A DNA stretch of 64,000 bases, taken from the NCBI GenBank assembly GCA_022813865.1, contig JALDZX010000029.1, forward strand, positions 124,001-188,000. Direction: 5' to 3'. The position numbers were made by a program, and so were the translations under genes. Shown here one piece after another: positions 17,687 to 33,450 of the stretch (position 1 is the stretch's first letter; every line of letters begins with the position of its first letter). The DNA is from Xylographa opegraphella. Lineage: Eukaryota. Under the pieces are notes generated by a model that saw only the letters and a list, made by a program, of their open reading frames with translations, did no database searches and was not told the DNA's origin.

Positions 17687-20600
17687 GTTGGGATGATGCT
17701 GACGGGGAAGGAAAAGCGAGGGTGGCAACAAGTCAATGTGGTCGGAAGGAGCAAGCATGTAAACAGATGTCTTCTCGAACGAAGGATGGGGTGGAGATGA
17801 TGAGGGTCTGCTCGAGGCTTTTAAAACAAACTGGAGCAGAAGAAGAGACGAGCGATCCGGGCTCCCGGGGTTCAGTTGCATAGATACGTTGATACAAAAG
17901 GTCTGAAGGCTTAGGCTCGAGCTAGGGTCAGACGGCCGGGGTGTTATAGGCGCACATCAGAAAGTGTGCAGCGTATGCTGCTTGCGGGGTACGGGATGTG
18001 TGAGGGACTGGGGGGGAGTGTGTAAGGAAGAGGCCAATGTGGTCGTTACAGGTATTCGCAGCGACCAGAGCAGAGTAGGTTACGGGCATGCATGCTCGAG
18101 ATGCCGGACAGACACGATCCATTGGCGATTCGGTAGAGAGAGACAGACAGACGGTGGCTTCGACTACGGGACGTGCAGAGACGAGAGTGATATGGGTTGC
18201 AGGGATCTGAAGGAAGGACTGTCGTGATTGCTTTGCCAGAGAAGACAGAATTGGAAACGTCATGCCTGTCGAGGGGTGGCAGGGGTGCGGGGGATGGTCT
18301 GGAGTGCAGCTTCTCGGCGTCCCACTGAGCGCTCTTTCAGCTTCAGCTTGAGCTTTTCAGCTTGCAGCGAAGGCGAGAATGAAAGGCAGCAGACAAACGC
18401 AGGTGATAGATCAGGGCTTGCGCATAACGGGATTCCGGGGGGTGCTAAGGGACTAAGGCATGCTAACGTGTCCCGTCGCTGGGCGTTACTTAGCGGGATT
18501 AGCGGGCATCAGTCAGTCTGGAAAGCCAGAATGAGGGCAAGACCGCGTTCTGTTAGGGCTGTCAAGTGGACAAAAGTCGACAAAGTCCTTAGAAGGGGAA
18601 GGGATGTGATTGGGCCAATTCAGGGCCAAGGGTGGAGGGAGGATGATGACGCTAGAATGAATGGAAAAAGGAAAGTAAGTACCTGACACCAGCGCTAGTC
18701 CAAGCTTGTTCAATCACCTCCAACCAAACCACTCCCCCCCCTCCCCCCTCCCCTGCCTCTCCCCCCTGCTATGATCTGTTCCCTCCCCCCCTCCCCTGGC
18801 CCCACCCTCGCACTGGATGTGAGCGTCAGAAGGTCAAATCAAACATCACCGACATGCTTGGACCCCAAGTGGGAAACATCAGGGCGAGTTGGACAGCAGG
18901 AACCAAGATCCCCCATCCCACCAACGCTAGTCCCTGGATGGAGGCTTTTTCTCGTCCGCAATGGAAACTCGCCAAATTGCCACAAAGAGGAACGTTAATT
19001 CGTCATTCGTCATCCGCTAAACCCCCCCCCCCCTTCCCCTTCCCATGTGGCCCTAGTGACCAAATTAGTGGCCCTTCTAGGAAAACATTTGATGAGATAG
19101 GCGTTGCGAATGACAGTGAAGGGAGGCGAATGCGATGCCAATCCCCCATCCGGAACTGCCCCTTCCATCGCACTCCCAATGGCCCGCTTTCCCGCGCTGA
19201 ACATCGTTTTGGGGTCAAAGTCTTTTGGTTATGCTTATTCGCGCGCGCACGACGTCCACCGGGACACCCGCTCATGGCCACAATTGCTTCACCTGCAAGC
19301 TGAAACGAGTCGTGAAGGGAGAGAGGGATGGGGGCCTGGCCGTTCGACTGAGAGCGGTTTCAGTCCGGGCTAAGCCACTCGTTTCTCTCCGTGCCCGCAC
19401 CCCTTTCGGCCCAGTGACGAGCAGCTGAAACGCCAAAGCCGCAGGAGGGCGGACCGACGGTGTGGAGGGCAACGGGCGTGTCGTGTGTCTTGCGAACGGC
19501 ATTATTGTATGGGGCCTGCCCGCCATCTGGGACGTTCGACGAAGCACCGGGCTCCACAGCCCCAATGCGGGCGTTGCGCATCGAACCTTCCCAAAAGCCT
19601 GCAACTGGCGGGCGTCCGGCCAGGATCAAGCGTGCTGCGACGGCCCTACGCCCGAAGAGGAACAAAAAGACGAACGTTACTTAAGCAACGGCTCATTGGC
19701 GCGCCAACGTCACCGCGCCGAGGGAAAGGAATGCCGCTAGAAGGCCGCTAAGAAGCTTCCATGCATCGGTCGTGCCCACGATCGTGCCCTAGCCTCTGGT
19801 CGCCCCAACGTCAGACTTGGCTCCTTGTTGCTCTCCTCCCACCCCCCTTCGCACGTTGCTTCTCTGTCGTCGGTCTGACCAAGCGAATGCTCTACAAGCG
19901 AAATGACGATGAAATTGCTGATGATTCACGCGAAGGGGGGCGACGAAAGGGGGATGAACCATTCATTCTCAAGCGAGATCCACCGCTCAGGGCTCGGTGG
20001 GAGTGTGGAGGAGTACCTGAGGTATCGCATCCGAAGCTCTGAGCTCAGGTCTCAGCGCCATCTACACGTCCTTCATAGACATCCTCAATCAGCTGGCCCA
20101 CGTGCACCAAGCTCGATGGCGAATGCGGATTAGCCTACCTTGACCGCGAATGATCAACCACTCGTTGCGCTTTTGGCTGTGGGTCCAGGCTATCAGAGCC
20201 TGCTGAAGAGATCCATCCCTCTCGCAGTTGTCGCCTGCAGGGTCCATCGAGCGAAAAAGCTAGATGGGGTTTTCTCCTTCTCCAAAAGCTGGCAGTTCTC
20301 TGGTGCGTCTGAAGCATTCGACGGCCAAGGGACAGTCGTGACACGACATCCTCCGTGAGGTGGCGAAGTCGAAGGGGTTGTGATCGACGTTTGACGGTCG
20401 TCCAACTCTCTCTCTCTCTCTCCGCGTTCCTCTCCCTCTTACTCCTTCTCTCCAGCTGTCATCATCCCTCAAACCAGAGCACGGCATCTTTGGGTTGGCG
20501 TCGCTGAACTGATGCTGTCACATGATGGCAGTCACGAATGCAGTGGACAATGTTCCTCGATTGTGATAGGCTCCTGCTCCCAATAGAGTTCGTGAATTCG

Positions 20601-22955
20601 CTCGCGTAGGGCAGACCTATATTTGGCGCGCCCATCGCTACGTGCCGGCTCTCCCGCCCACGACGCCGATGATCGCCCCGGGGTATCAGAGGGCCTTGGA
20701 AACCGCCATCGGTGGACAGGTGAAACAAGTACAAAGCCCGCTCCAGGGCCGAGAAGGTGAGGATCTGGTCTCTCTGGCTTCCCCCATACCGGCACATCAG
20801 CACTGCCTAACCGTTTCTGACCGGTTTCGATGACTTCCCAGGCACGGGATTCATGCTTGGAAAAAACCTTGGGTCCCGTTTCATGGCGAACGTCCGCACC
20901 CGTGATCCGTGCATTGCCTTTTGAGCTGGGTGTTTCAAGCTAAAGCTGTCAGTGATGGGGAGACGCTGCCATTCTTGATGCGATACCCGAATTGCACTGC
21001 CTTGTAGACCGGCGACGACCCGGCTCGGAAAGGGGAAATCAACCCGATCATCGAAGATTCGAAGATCATGCCATCTCCTAATGGCCCGAAGCACCAAAAC
21101 CGGCTAGGAAGGATCGTTAACCGTCGATAATTCAGTGTCATTAGCGTGCATGGGTCGACTCCGCGGTCTTTGCAGGCAGGACCCAGCGACATAGGCCGAG
21201 AGCATCCACCATCCGGCCACCGGCCCCAATCACCGCCCGCCACCACTCGAGCCGCCACTGGCCAGGGCTCGGTGAAACTTGCTTGCTCCAAGCTCCATGA
21301 GTCTAGCCGCAAAGAACGCGTTGTATCACGCCACATGGCGGTCCAGCATACACGAGGGCCTCAAGCGACTGGATGGCACGTAGCCCAATCGACAACGGCG
21401 GATAGCGAGTCCGAGAGAAATGTTACGTGCCATCCAATGCCGCAGAAGACGCGGTGACTTTGTCCAGCATCGAAATGACGAGAGAACGTCTTCTTCTCGT
21501 AATCGTAACGGACGGACGCAATCCGGGCCCCTCAAACTATGACTACGGCTGCATTGCTCCAACGTGCTCCACAATCGACAGGCTTCACGACGGGTCACAC
21601 GATGGAAGACTCTGATCATACTTTACGGTCAGATGATCATGACCTCCATTCGAAAACCGTGCTCGTGAGAAGACTTTCGATTTGGCGGGTTGTAGAAAAT
21701 CGCTCACTGGGCAGGCGTCCGTGTAGATGGCGTGCAGCATGCTAGATGGTGACCGAGCTTAACCTCAGGATACTGCGTGCATCTCAACTTCTGAGTCATT
21801 TGGAGACCGCTGCATAAGTTCCTCTTAGACCCTCTTGGTATCGAGACCTGCATTGTGGTCACATGTCCAGAGCGAAAAAATTGGCAGACAACGAAGATGA
21901 GATTTCAAGGGACAAGTAATGAGCAGACCGCCCGACCGCGACGGCCGCTATCGGCCCTTCTTGGATATCTGCACTGCCGGCTTTTGAGTTTCGTTGTTTT
22001 CTTGAAATCAGCACTAGGAGATTAAGAGATTCGATCGCTTCGGTTGCAGTGAGAAACACCCTTCTTGCGTAAGATCTCGATCGCCGCGCACGGAACTGCA
22101 GACCTCTGGGAGAAAAACATCATGCTCAATCTCATCACGTGATATGGATTCGAAAGCAAGCATGACTTGTGATCTCATGCGCAATTTTATGAATAAACGG
22201 CATTACCATGGCGATCAGAACCTTTTTACATGGTTCGACGAATCATAGGCCGATCTCGAAACGATGACCTTAGATTTCTTGGCGTTGATGTTTTGTTGAT
22301 GAACGAAAGACATAAAAAGCCTTCTTATGAGAAAAGTAATCTCAGTCATTTACAGGAATTTACTAAGAAATGCAGTGCTTAAGCGTAGATAGTCAAGCAT
22401 ATATCCTTCAACCTTCAAATTCGGGAAAACTGCGCTGAGGAAGCCAAAAGCATTGACGGTTGTATTTCAAAACAGGCTAGTAATAGCAGTAAAGAAATTC
22501 AATAAGTCTGCCTTTTGGAAAACGAGATTCAACCGAGCTGCCGGACAACATAAACAAATTGTTTACCCACAAATCAATGAAACCCCCTGAGATATGGATG
22601 CGTAATTTCAAGCTACGCTGTCGTGACACTAGGTTCTTTGACAATATGAGATTAGAGCCTCAGACAGACGTGATAATTGTGTTCTGACGATGTCCAGAAG
22701 TACCGCATTCTCTCCTTTCTATTCAATACTGTGTCACGTCAACTACGTTCTTGGCAAGCGCCAGTTTATGGCACAACTTCCATTCGACGCTAAGCTTTAT
22801 CTCCGAGATTAACCGAGAGTTGGGACAGCTAAATTTTTGAGGGATCGACAACAGCAACAACAGCAGTCCATCCACCTTGTCACAAAAGACTCTTTCCTCA
22901 ACCCCCACGTATCACTCCACTCTTTCGCCCTTTTCAATCGTATCCATATCGCGCA

Positions 22956-24169
22956 ATGACTTCCTCACCACCCCCCACCTCGACCGGCTCGACCAAGCTC
23001 GATGCCGTCGTGCAGAGGACCGCTGCCGCGACGCCGGAAAAGCTCAGCGGACTGGCCCTCTACTCCCGATTCGCCCTTGCGGGTGCCATCTGCTGCTCCG
23101 TCACCCATGGCAGTCTCACCCCCGTTGATGTGTAAGTGACGATTGGAGCGCGGTGCGACCCTCGCGAATGGTGGACTGACGTGTTCCTTTCTGCAGTGTC
23201 AAGACGCGGATACAGCTCGACCCCCAGACATACAACAAGGGCATGGTGGGCGGCTTCCGTCAAGTCATCGCGAGCGAAGGTGCTGGCGCGCTGATGACCG
23301 GATTCGGCCCCACGGCCGCTGGCTATTTCCTGCAAGGCGCGTTCAAGTTCGGAGGGTACGAGCTCTTCAAGCAGCAGTTCATCAACTACCTCGGGTATGA
23401 AACCGCGTCGAATAACCGCACCGCCGTCTATCTTGCATCATCAGCCACCGCCGAGTTCTTCGCCGATATCGCCCTCTGCCCGCTCGAGGCTACGCGAATC
23501 CGTCTGGTGTCGGAGCCTACATTCGCCACCGGTCTCCTGAGCGGCTTCGGCAAAATCGCGAGGACCGAGGGCCTGGGCGCCTTCTACTCCGGATTCGGCC
23601 CGATCCTGTTCAAGCAGTAAGTGCCCAGGCACGTATCCGAATGGATCGTACTCACATCGCCCAGGGTTCCCTACACGATGGCCAAGTTTGTCGTCTACGA
23701 GAAGTGCGTCGAGTCCATCTACAAGCGGGTGGATAAGTCGCAGACATCGAACGGGATGCAGACGTTCTACAACCTGGGCGCCGGTCTCATCGCCGGCTTC
23801 GCGGCAGCCATTGTCTCCCAGCCAGCCGACACAATGCTCAGCAAGATCAACAAGACCAAGGGTCTCCCTGGAGAGGGAACCACCAGCCGTCTGATCAAGA
23901 TCGCCAAGGAACTCGGTCTGCGCGGGAGCTACACCGGTATTGGTGCTCGGTTGTTCATGTAAGGTTACCCTTTCAATCGTCGTTCTCCAGCTTCAAGGCT
24001 AATCAACGGGCCGCGCATAGGGTTGGAACATTAACGGCCGGACAATTCGCCATCTACGGCGACATCAAGAAAGCCCTAGGTACGTGACTGCCAATCTGGC
24101 TCCGTTTGAAAAAATTAAATTCACTGACCTCCTACAGGCGCCACCGGTGGCGTCGAGATCGCCAAGTAA
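22956..24169 (+). CDS. MIR1: Mitochondrial phosphate carrier
   Basis: [75 protein letters not shown]; 5 exons; TAA at 24167-24169. Confidence 0.93.
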
Positions 24170-25187
24170 AAGCACGCAGAGGATAGCAGAACGGACCGCA
24201 AGACAACACTACCCTTTCCCCTCGATCGGCACGCGAACCCACGCATCAAAGAATCCCCACTCGAACATCTTCCATCAGCGCATGCGCGTGACCATGCCGC
24301 CGTTTGTGTCGCGCACGATAGACCGCTTTTTGGCACGCATTGTATTGTAGCATCGATAGACTCGTCGGCGGGTAGACTAATCAGACTCCAGCAAAAAGAG
24401 GAAGGGGGTACACGCTATTCATTTCCCATCACACCTGTCTCCCGTCCCCGTGGGGGAACTTGGAACCCATGCTTTCGTGACCGTGTCTCGTCGACATTGT
24501 CCTGGCGTCCACAATCGTCTGAGTAGCTCTTAACCCGCCTCCCCACCCTGCCTTGCAATATCCGTAGGCTCGTAGCCAAGACTCTTGATCTACCTGCCCG
24601 TGGAGGGTTTTGGCCCATGAGGAAAATATCCCTGTACCGAACCCCCCAATGAGACACATGTGGGAAGTGCGTTTGCGGGACTGACAACGTGTGGGTACGA
24701 ACATAGTGTGGGCTGGTGTTGGAGACTTCAGTACATGAGGGACCTGCCTACCATGCGGTCAGCAGCCCTACATTTAAACAAGCCTGGTCCGCCGGTGCGA
24801 GAACGGTCCGGTAGGGCAGGAGGGAGGGGGAAGGGAATATCGGTTCCGTTCGACATGGAGCGTTAGCATCACTGGCGGGGGCGGGTGGAGATCGGAGAGG
24901 AGGGGTGGGATGAGGGGTGGCTTATGTAGGTACGTGCTGGCAATGCTACTTGGGTAGTAGGCAGTTCGGCCTGCGAGGAAATGGCGATCGGGGATGGATG
25001 GGGTGTGGTTCTATTTTCGTTCACGCACGAATGTTGTCAATTAAAGAAAGTAGTGTGCTAGGAACTCAAAACTATGAGTAGGTGGGGAGGCATAAGCATT
25101 CTATACAACACAGAGCTGCGCCGGTCAACACCCACGCGGAGCCAGGCAGCTCGAAGCGCTTGCATCGCCCTCGCCGAGCGGGTGATC

Positions 25188-27248
25188 CTACGTCTTGTAG
25201 ATATCGGCATCGCTGCGAGCAGTCAGCAGTCAGCCGAGACGGCGCGCTCAGCAGGAAGCCAGGACAGAAAAGACTCACAACTTCCCGAAGCGCTCTCGGC
25301 CCGGGGCGTCCCTCTTGACCCACACGGCGACGGAGGTGCCCGGGCAGGGGAACAGCCCGTTACCGTGCTCGTCGATGGTAACCTCGGAGGGCTCCCAGCC
25401 CAGGACGTCGGTCCACACCTCGCCCCGATGCAGGTAGCCGACGTACATGGTCTTCTCGTTCGGGCCCGCGTTGCTCATCACGCACGCGAGGCCGTGCGGG
25501 TAGTCCCACGTGCCTTCGCGCGTCCAGCCGATGCACTGCGGGTAGTCGAAGTAGTCGTTCTGCTTGCCGTACGCGTACAGCTTGCGCGCCAGGCAGAGGT
25601 CGGGGACCTTGCCGCCGCAGGAGACGCCGAACGCCTGCACGTGGTTGCCCGGGTCGCCTTTGATGCCGTAGAGGTCGCCGTAGAATACGCACGGGTACCC
25701 GGACTGGCGGAGCAGGATTAGCGCGTAGGCTAGGGGCTTGAAGAAGGGCTCGATGCGGACTTCGAGCGCTTGGTATGGTTGCGTGTCATGGTTCCTACAA
25801 TGTTAGTCCTCGGCGTTGGAAGGACTTTCAGAGAGCACGGACATCACCAGTGTCTAAAGGATATCAGCATATTCACAAGCCGGAATCTACATATCTTGGA
25901 TCGGACTCACCACAGCATTGTACGGCTCGACTTGAACCTAGCTCTGTATGTAAGTGTAGGTTGGATTTTGCCACTAAGATTGATCTTACCAGCGTATTGT
26001 CAAACACTTTTCTTAGGTCCGAATTTTCAGTCGTCGATAATTGAGAGAAATTGTACACAAGCGGAGCATCGAAGAGACTGAATTTATGGGCCATCCTCGA
26101 AAGATATGCACACATATCTGGTAACGAGTCCTTCCAGAACTTTGGCCAGATCAGTATATTGTGATGGAGGAAGACCTGGATGACTGACTTCGCCGACCAG
26201 AAACCATCCGGTGCCGAAGGTGGCATCCAGCGTTTCCACAAATTGTCTGAGAAAATCTTCCGAATACTAGACAATATGAGATGGAAATCCAAACTTGAAG
26301 ACTTGACTTGCATGTTTAATGGCGTCAAAACGGATACCCTTGATTCCAGTCTCATTGCCGAGCCATTTGCCCCAGTTCAAAACATCGTTGACCACTTCTG
26401 GATGATTGTAGTCCAGATCAGAATACATTAGAAAATCATAGTTGCCCTTCTCCTTATCGACTGATTGGGACCAATACTGCTTGTCGTCAGTTTCTACCAG
26501 AGGGGCTTCTTTGACCAATGCCTGTTCCAAATCACCTTTCCGTTGCCTTCGATCCTGTAAATAGCATTCTTTTGGTTTCTGGCATTCGTATCAGTACCAG
26601 AGAAATGGTACCTAATAGTGTCAGTTCGACGAAGCACATGTTGAGTCTAAAGTTATGGCTTGCCAGTGATACTCCTGGTTACTGTATTTGTGTTCCCTGC
26701 CTGGAAATTTAAAGTGGACCCAAGCTTCGATCTCATATGGAGAAGAGGTTTCTCGCGTACGGTCTGTATACAGTCAATTTGACACTTTGGAAGACACAAT
26801 AGATATTAACCATTAGGGTCAACCTCGACCGCCAGACACGTTTGCGTCTCGTCTGCTGCTGCCTTGTGATTAAGTACTGCGTCCCAGTAGATCCCGACCC
26901 CTACTTCGTTCGCCTTCTCAATCAGTTGCATTAGATCCTCCTTCGATCCCCATTTCGTAGGCTTAGAACCTTTCTGATCAAACTCGCCGAGATCGTAAAG
27001 GTCATAGATATCATATCCATTTCCTTGAGGAGAGGAGGCCTTGCAGCCAGGTGGGACCCATAAGTTGTCTATGCCGGTGGCCTTTAGACCTGCTACAGCG
27101 TCTCGAAGACGCTGCCAGTGCTTATGATCCGCTGGGACATACCACTCGAAAGCCTGCATCATTGTTTCATTCTCGGAAGTTTTGTCTTGAGTGCCTTCAG
27201 CACCTGCCACTGGATCACAAAAGCATTGAACTGACCTTGTCCTGCCAT
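25188..27248 (-). CDS. Intracellular alpha-amylase, GH13 subfamily 5 type
   Basis: ENETMMQAFEW, GNGYDIYDLYDLGEFDQKG, DAVLNHKA, NYDFLMYSDLDY; catalytic RFDAIKH / GEFW / NHDTQP; GYPCVFYGDLYG; ends FDADIYKT. No signal peptide. Multi-exon, with one GC-AG intron and an 11-nt exon. The first exon is inferred. Confidence 0.92.
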
Positions 27249-27704
27249 GGTTTACGAGTCTCGAATAGAACGCCGACTATATACCTGGTAAAGCAGTGCT
27301 ACGACGTCAGGCAATATGGCTACCAATTTATAGATATGTTAGTTTAACGCACAGGTGCTCGGACGAAGCAGAAGAGCTTATCACAGCCTATTATAAGTCT
27401 GGTCTTCATGGCTCGAGGTGGCTTGTCTTTTCCCCAGCTGGATGTCAGCCGCACAGGGCACGAGTTGAGGGCCTTTCCTTGTGGGAAAGGAGCTACCCTC
27501 AGGGTCCAATGTTGTTGCTTGCCGAGCTGTCGCTTAGGATAGGACCTAATCTAAGGTAGTCTGCCTTAGGGACAGCGAGATAAGCTAGGATACTGAATGA
27601 GGTGCAGATGGTTGGCTAATCTTGCGCAGGTCTTGTCTAAGATTAACGCATCTTAATGTACAAATCTATGGTACTGCTCTAAGTCAATCCAGATACCAAC
27701 GTGA

Positions 27705-28739
27705 TCATTGGCCTTCAACCTTTGGCAAAATCAAATGCTCCAACTCTCCAGCTTTCTTGGAGTCCTCAAAATCTGGCCTTGGAAGTTCAAAAAACCCAGT
27801 CGTCCGTCCGTATGTGATACCTCCCAAACGACTGACCGGTTTTAGAACTGCAGGGTCTATAGCGTTCCTCTCCTCGTTGATCGCATCCTCTCTGGCCCAG
27901 AACCGCGTACCTTCAATTATTGCCAAAACTCCGGTCTTCTTGCCAGGTGTTGCTCTACTTTCGAACTCCTTTGTCTCCATGAGCTTACCTTCTATCGAAA
28001 ATATAGCCTCCTTGACCCTGGAGGCCTTGACAGTGGTACATGGAGCAGGATGTAGACCTGATATCGCCCATTCCGATATGCCATATGGAGCATTCATTGA
28101 AGTGGAGTTGGCGGCTTCCACGAAATGCTCGGAGATGACGTTGATGACACACTCCTTGGTTTCTATAAGGTTCTTCAGGCTGTCTTTGGCATTCTCGTAA
28201 CCCCCAGCATAGCCGACGACGAAGATTGGCGGATCCTTGCGATATCGTTAGCAACGAACCAATAACAAGGAAGGGAAGGTATGTATCTTACGTGATTGAC
28301 GACGGTGGTGTAGCTGAATGGCGCAAGGTTAGTCGACGTTCCTGGTAGACATCAGTACACTGTTCTGGGGGTCAAACCCAGAAAACCTACCATCCTCGGA
28401 TCTTGTGCTTATAAACCCGATAAAACGAGGTATAATGGCCGAGATCATGAGCTTGTAGTTGAAAGCGGCTGGCCTACCCTCGGCGTACGGATCTATCTCT
28501 ACATGTTCCTTTTTCAGACTATCTCCTCCGTCATTCCCGCCTTGTCCTGGCTTCCAGCTTGGATTTTTGGTCTTTGTGAAGGTTCTTGCTGGATCTTCAG
28601 GCCAATCGGGCCTTGAAGCTTCGACCTTGCTGAAATCTGGATGCGGATTGCGTTGGATGGTTTTTTCGGAGTCTGCTCGCTGCTCGTGTGCCGATGGGTC
28701 ATGCACTCGTTGCTCGTTATCACCAAAGTTCTTCGTCAT
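27705..28739 (-). CDS. Flavin-reductase-like FMN-binding protein (DIM6/NTAB family)
   Basis: RNPHPDFSKVEASRPDW, YKLMISAIIPRFIGFIST, NLAPFSY, KDSLKNL, SEWAISGL, LKPVSRLGGITYGR; two introns. Confidence 0.88.
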
Positions 28740-29221
28740 AGTAGTGACAATGCGGTCCAGATCTACAATTTCGAGATGAAACTGTGACGAGATTTCGAGG
28801 TCTGTTACTTCGTAGTGTTAGCTCTTTGAGAAACGATCTACTCGACTGCAAATTGAGTTTCTATATTTGCTTCGTAGCACACATATCGAGGTTTGAAAAT
28901 CTTTCGAGTTGCCTTTATTTGAAAGCTACGTCATAGACTGATACATCTAGCAATTTGGCTTTCGATGTGTTCACCTGTGGCAGCAAAAAACCCGTAGATA
29001 AGCCTGAAAACCACTAGTTGTTACTCGCTATATACTGTGACATGCTCAGTTGGCGGGCGGTATCAAGGTAGGTATGCGGCCGGCTCCTCACACCTGGAAC
29101 CGCGATGGAACTTGAGTTTAAGTGCAGCACAGCTAGAGCAGGCACAAAGCAAAAGTGTAATGTGTGCCGCAGCTCCTCGAGAGTGGAGCGATTTCTGACG
29201 TACTGATAGATTAGTGCGGGG

Positions 29222-29233
29222 CTTATCGATAAG
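29222..29233. promoter_or_regulatory. Palindrome CTTATCGATAAG (inverted GATA pair) in a divergent promoter
   Basis: Perfect 12-bp palindrome between head-to-head genes; an identical copy is at 41151. Confidence 0.45.
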
Positions 29234-29369
29234 GTCGACAGGTGTTCTAGTAGATGGTCCATTGAGCTGCCTTATCCAGCGCGGCGTGCAGTGCTTGTTT
29301 GAGGTTATTCGAGTTCATGAATAAGAAAGTCATTCCGAGATTTTGATTTTACCAACTGAAAGATAAAAC

Positions 29370-30767
29370 ATGGCTCCGGATGCTTCCGAATTCGATACAT
29401 TCCAACTTGGAGATTGGGAACTTCAATGTGGTGAATCGATATCAAATGCCCACATTGCATACAAGACCTTTGGAGACCAGGAGTCGCCTGCCATCGTATA
29501 TCCGACTTGGTTCAGTGGCTGTAAGATCCTGTAAGGTGATTTTGTTCTCGCGACTTACTGAGGGTGACTAGCAATATCAGACAACGTCTGGCTGATTGGC
29601 GAAGACAAAACTTTAAATCCAAAGCAGGTAGAGCAGGCGACAGCTCCCCTTCCCATGTTGTGGAAATGACAACTGACTTATCGGAGTACTTCATCATCAT
29701 TCCCGCGTTATTCGGCAATGGCCAGTCCTCTTCCCCATCTAATCATGGATCTGACAAGCCGTTTCCAAAAGTCTCGTTCTTCGACAATGTAAGAGCACAA
29801 TATGAGCTGGTGACAAAGCATCTCAAGATCCAGCATCTTCACGCCGTCCTTGGATGGTCGATGGGAGCAGGCCAGGTAAGCCCTAGCGTGAGACAGGAGA
29901 TGAAAGAGACAGCCTTAATGATGGTGTCCAAATTAGACCTATCAGTGGATCACCCAATATCCAAACATGATGGATTTCGCAGTCCCATTCTGCGGCTCAG
30001 CCAAGACTTCAATACACAATCAAGTTTTCCTGGAAGGAGTCAAGAGTGCTATGCTGGCAGCCAAGGTTCAGTCCTCCGCTGGATCGAAAGAAGGAGCCAT
30101 TGCTGTGGAAGGAGAGAAGCAAAGAAAATGGTCTCACAAGGAGAAAGAGGTCGGAATGAAAGCTTTTGGGAGAGGCTATGCAGGATGGTAAGCGACTGTA
30201 AATCAATTGAGATTCTGTGCTTAAGTATCTTGCAGGGGGTTCAGCCAGGCCTTCTATCGAGAGCGACTGCATGAAAAGCACTATGGGTTCAAAGATCTAG
30301 AATCTTTTATGCAAGGAGTTTGGGAGGCTTGGGCTTGTTCAAAAGGTGATTTGCAGCGCCGCCAGGATACGCAGTGTTTTGCTGAGAGAGAACAGATCCA
30401 GAAAATATGCTTGTCATGTTGCAGACTTGGCAAAGCGGTGACTGTTCCAACCAGCAACCATACAAAGGCGATTTTGCGATGGCTATGCAGAGCATTAGGG
30501 CCAAGACATTGGTATTGCCGTGCAAAACAGATTTATACTTCCCGTATGTTGGAAAGTCCCAGCCCAAGTTGAAACACAGCTGATGCAGCCGATAGACCTG
30601 AAGATTCAGAGTTTGAAGTGGCCAACATGAGTCCAGGTATTGGCCGATTAGAGCAATTCCCGTCAATTTGGGGCCATTGGGCGGGTGGACCTGGAGACAG
30701 TAAAGACGACCTCAAGTGGCTTGATAATCATCTAAGAGATTTGTTTTCAAAAGCACAGCTCAAATAG
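29370..30767 (+). CDS. Alpha/beta hydrolase, homoserine O-acetyltransferase-like
   Basis: FQLGDWELQCG..AHIAYKTFGD..YPTWFSG, ALFGNGQSSSPSN, nucleophile GWSMG, DLYF, SIWGHWAGGPG; multi-exon. Confidence 0.88.
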
Positions 30768-31291
30768 AACAAGCAAGAAGTCAAGATGCCCTCAATGCTA
30801 TCAAATGACTTCGATGTCCACTTTAATCAGGATTTCGAGGGTGTTGTTGTACTCTGGAGGGTGATATTCAGAGCTCCCAGACGCTTTGTTAGAGTTGCAA
30901 TATCCTTATTGAGCGAGGCTATGGGAGTTGATAAGTACCCAAGCCTCTGTATTAGAGATTCGTTAGTAAAGATGAAATGTAGGTGGCTGTTCATAGCTCG
31001 AGCTAAGCCAGGATAAGATGACATATCATAGTGCGGGACTAAGCCACATTGGGCACCGCCTGTGGTACACTGTTTCCGAATCGTGAACCAGAGGTCTCAC
31101 AGTGCTACTTAGTGGTACGGTGTTCGACTTCGCAGACTGAGAAGGAAGCGCGTTTGTATTGAACTATTGCAGCATTTCGAAATGTCATGACTACCTGGTC
31201 AAGGAATGCTGTGCTCTCATAGCTTGCCCTTTTTTTATATCCTCCGTCCGTGGTTACGAACACTTCCAGAACTTCATTGCAGACAAACATA

Positions 31292-33450
<2,159 letters not shown>

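Noticed and set aside
17928..22059. Many overlapping 60-150 aa ORFs upstream of the transcription factor
   Set aside because: Expected in GC-rich DNA; no recognisable motifs, codon bias or coherent splice structure.
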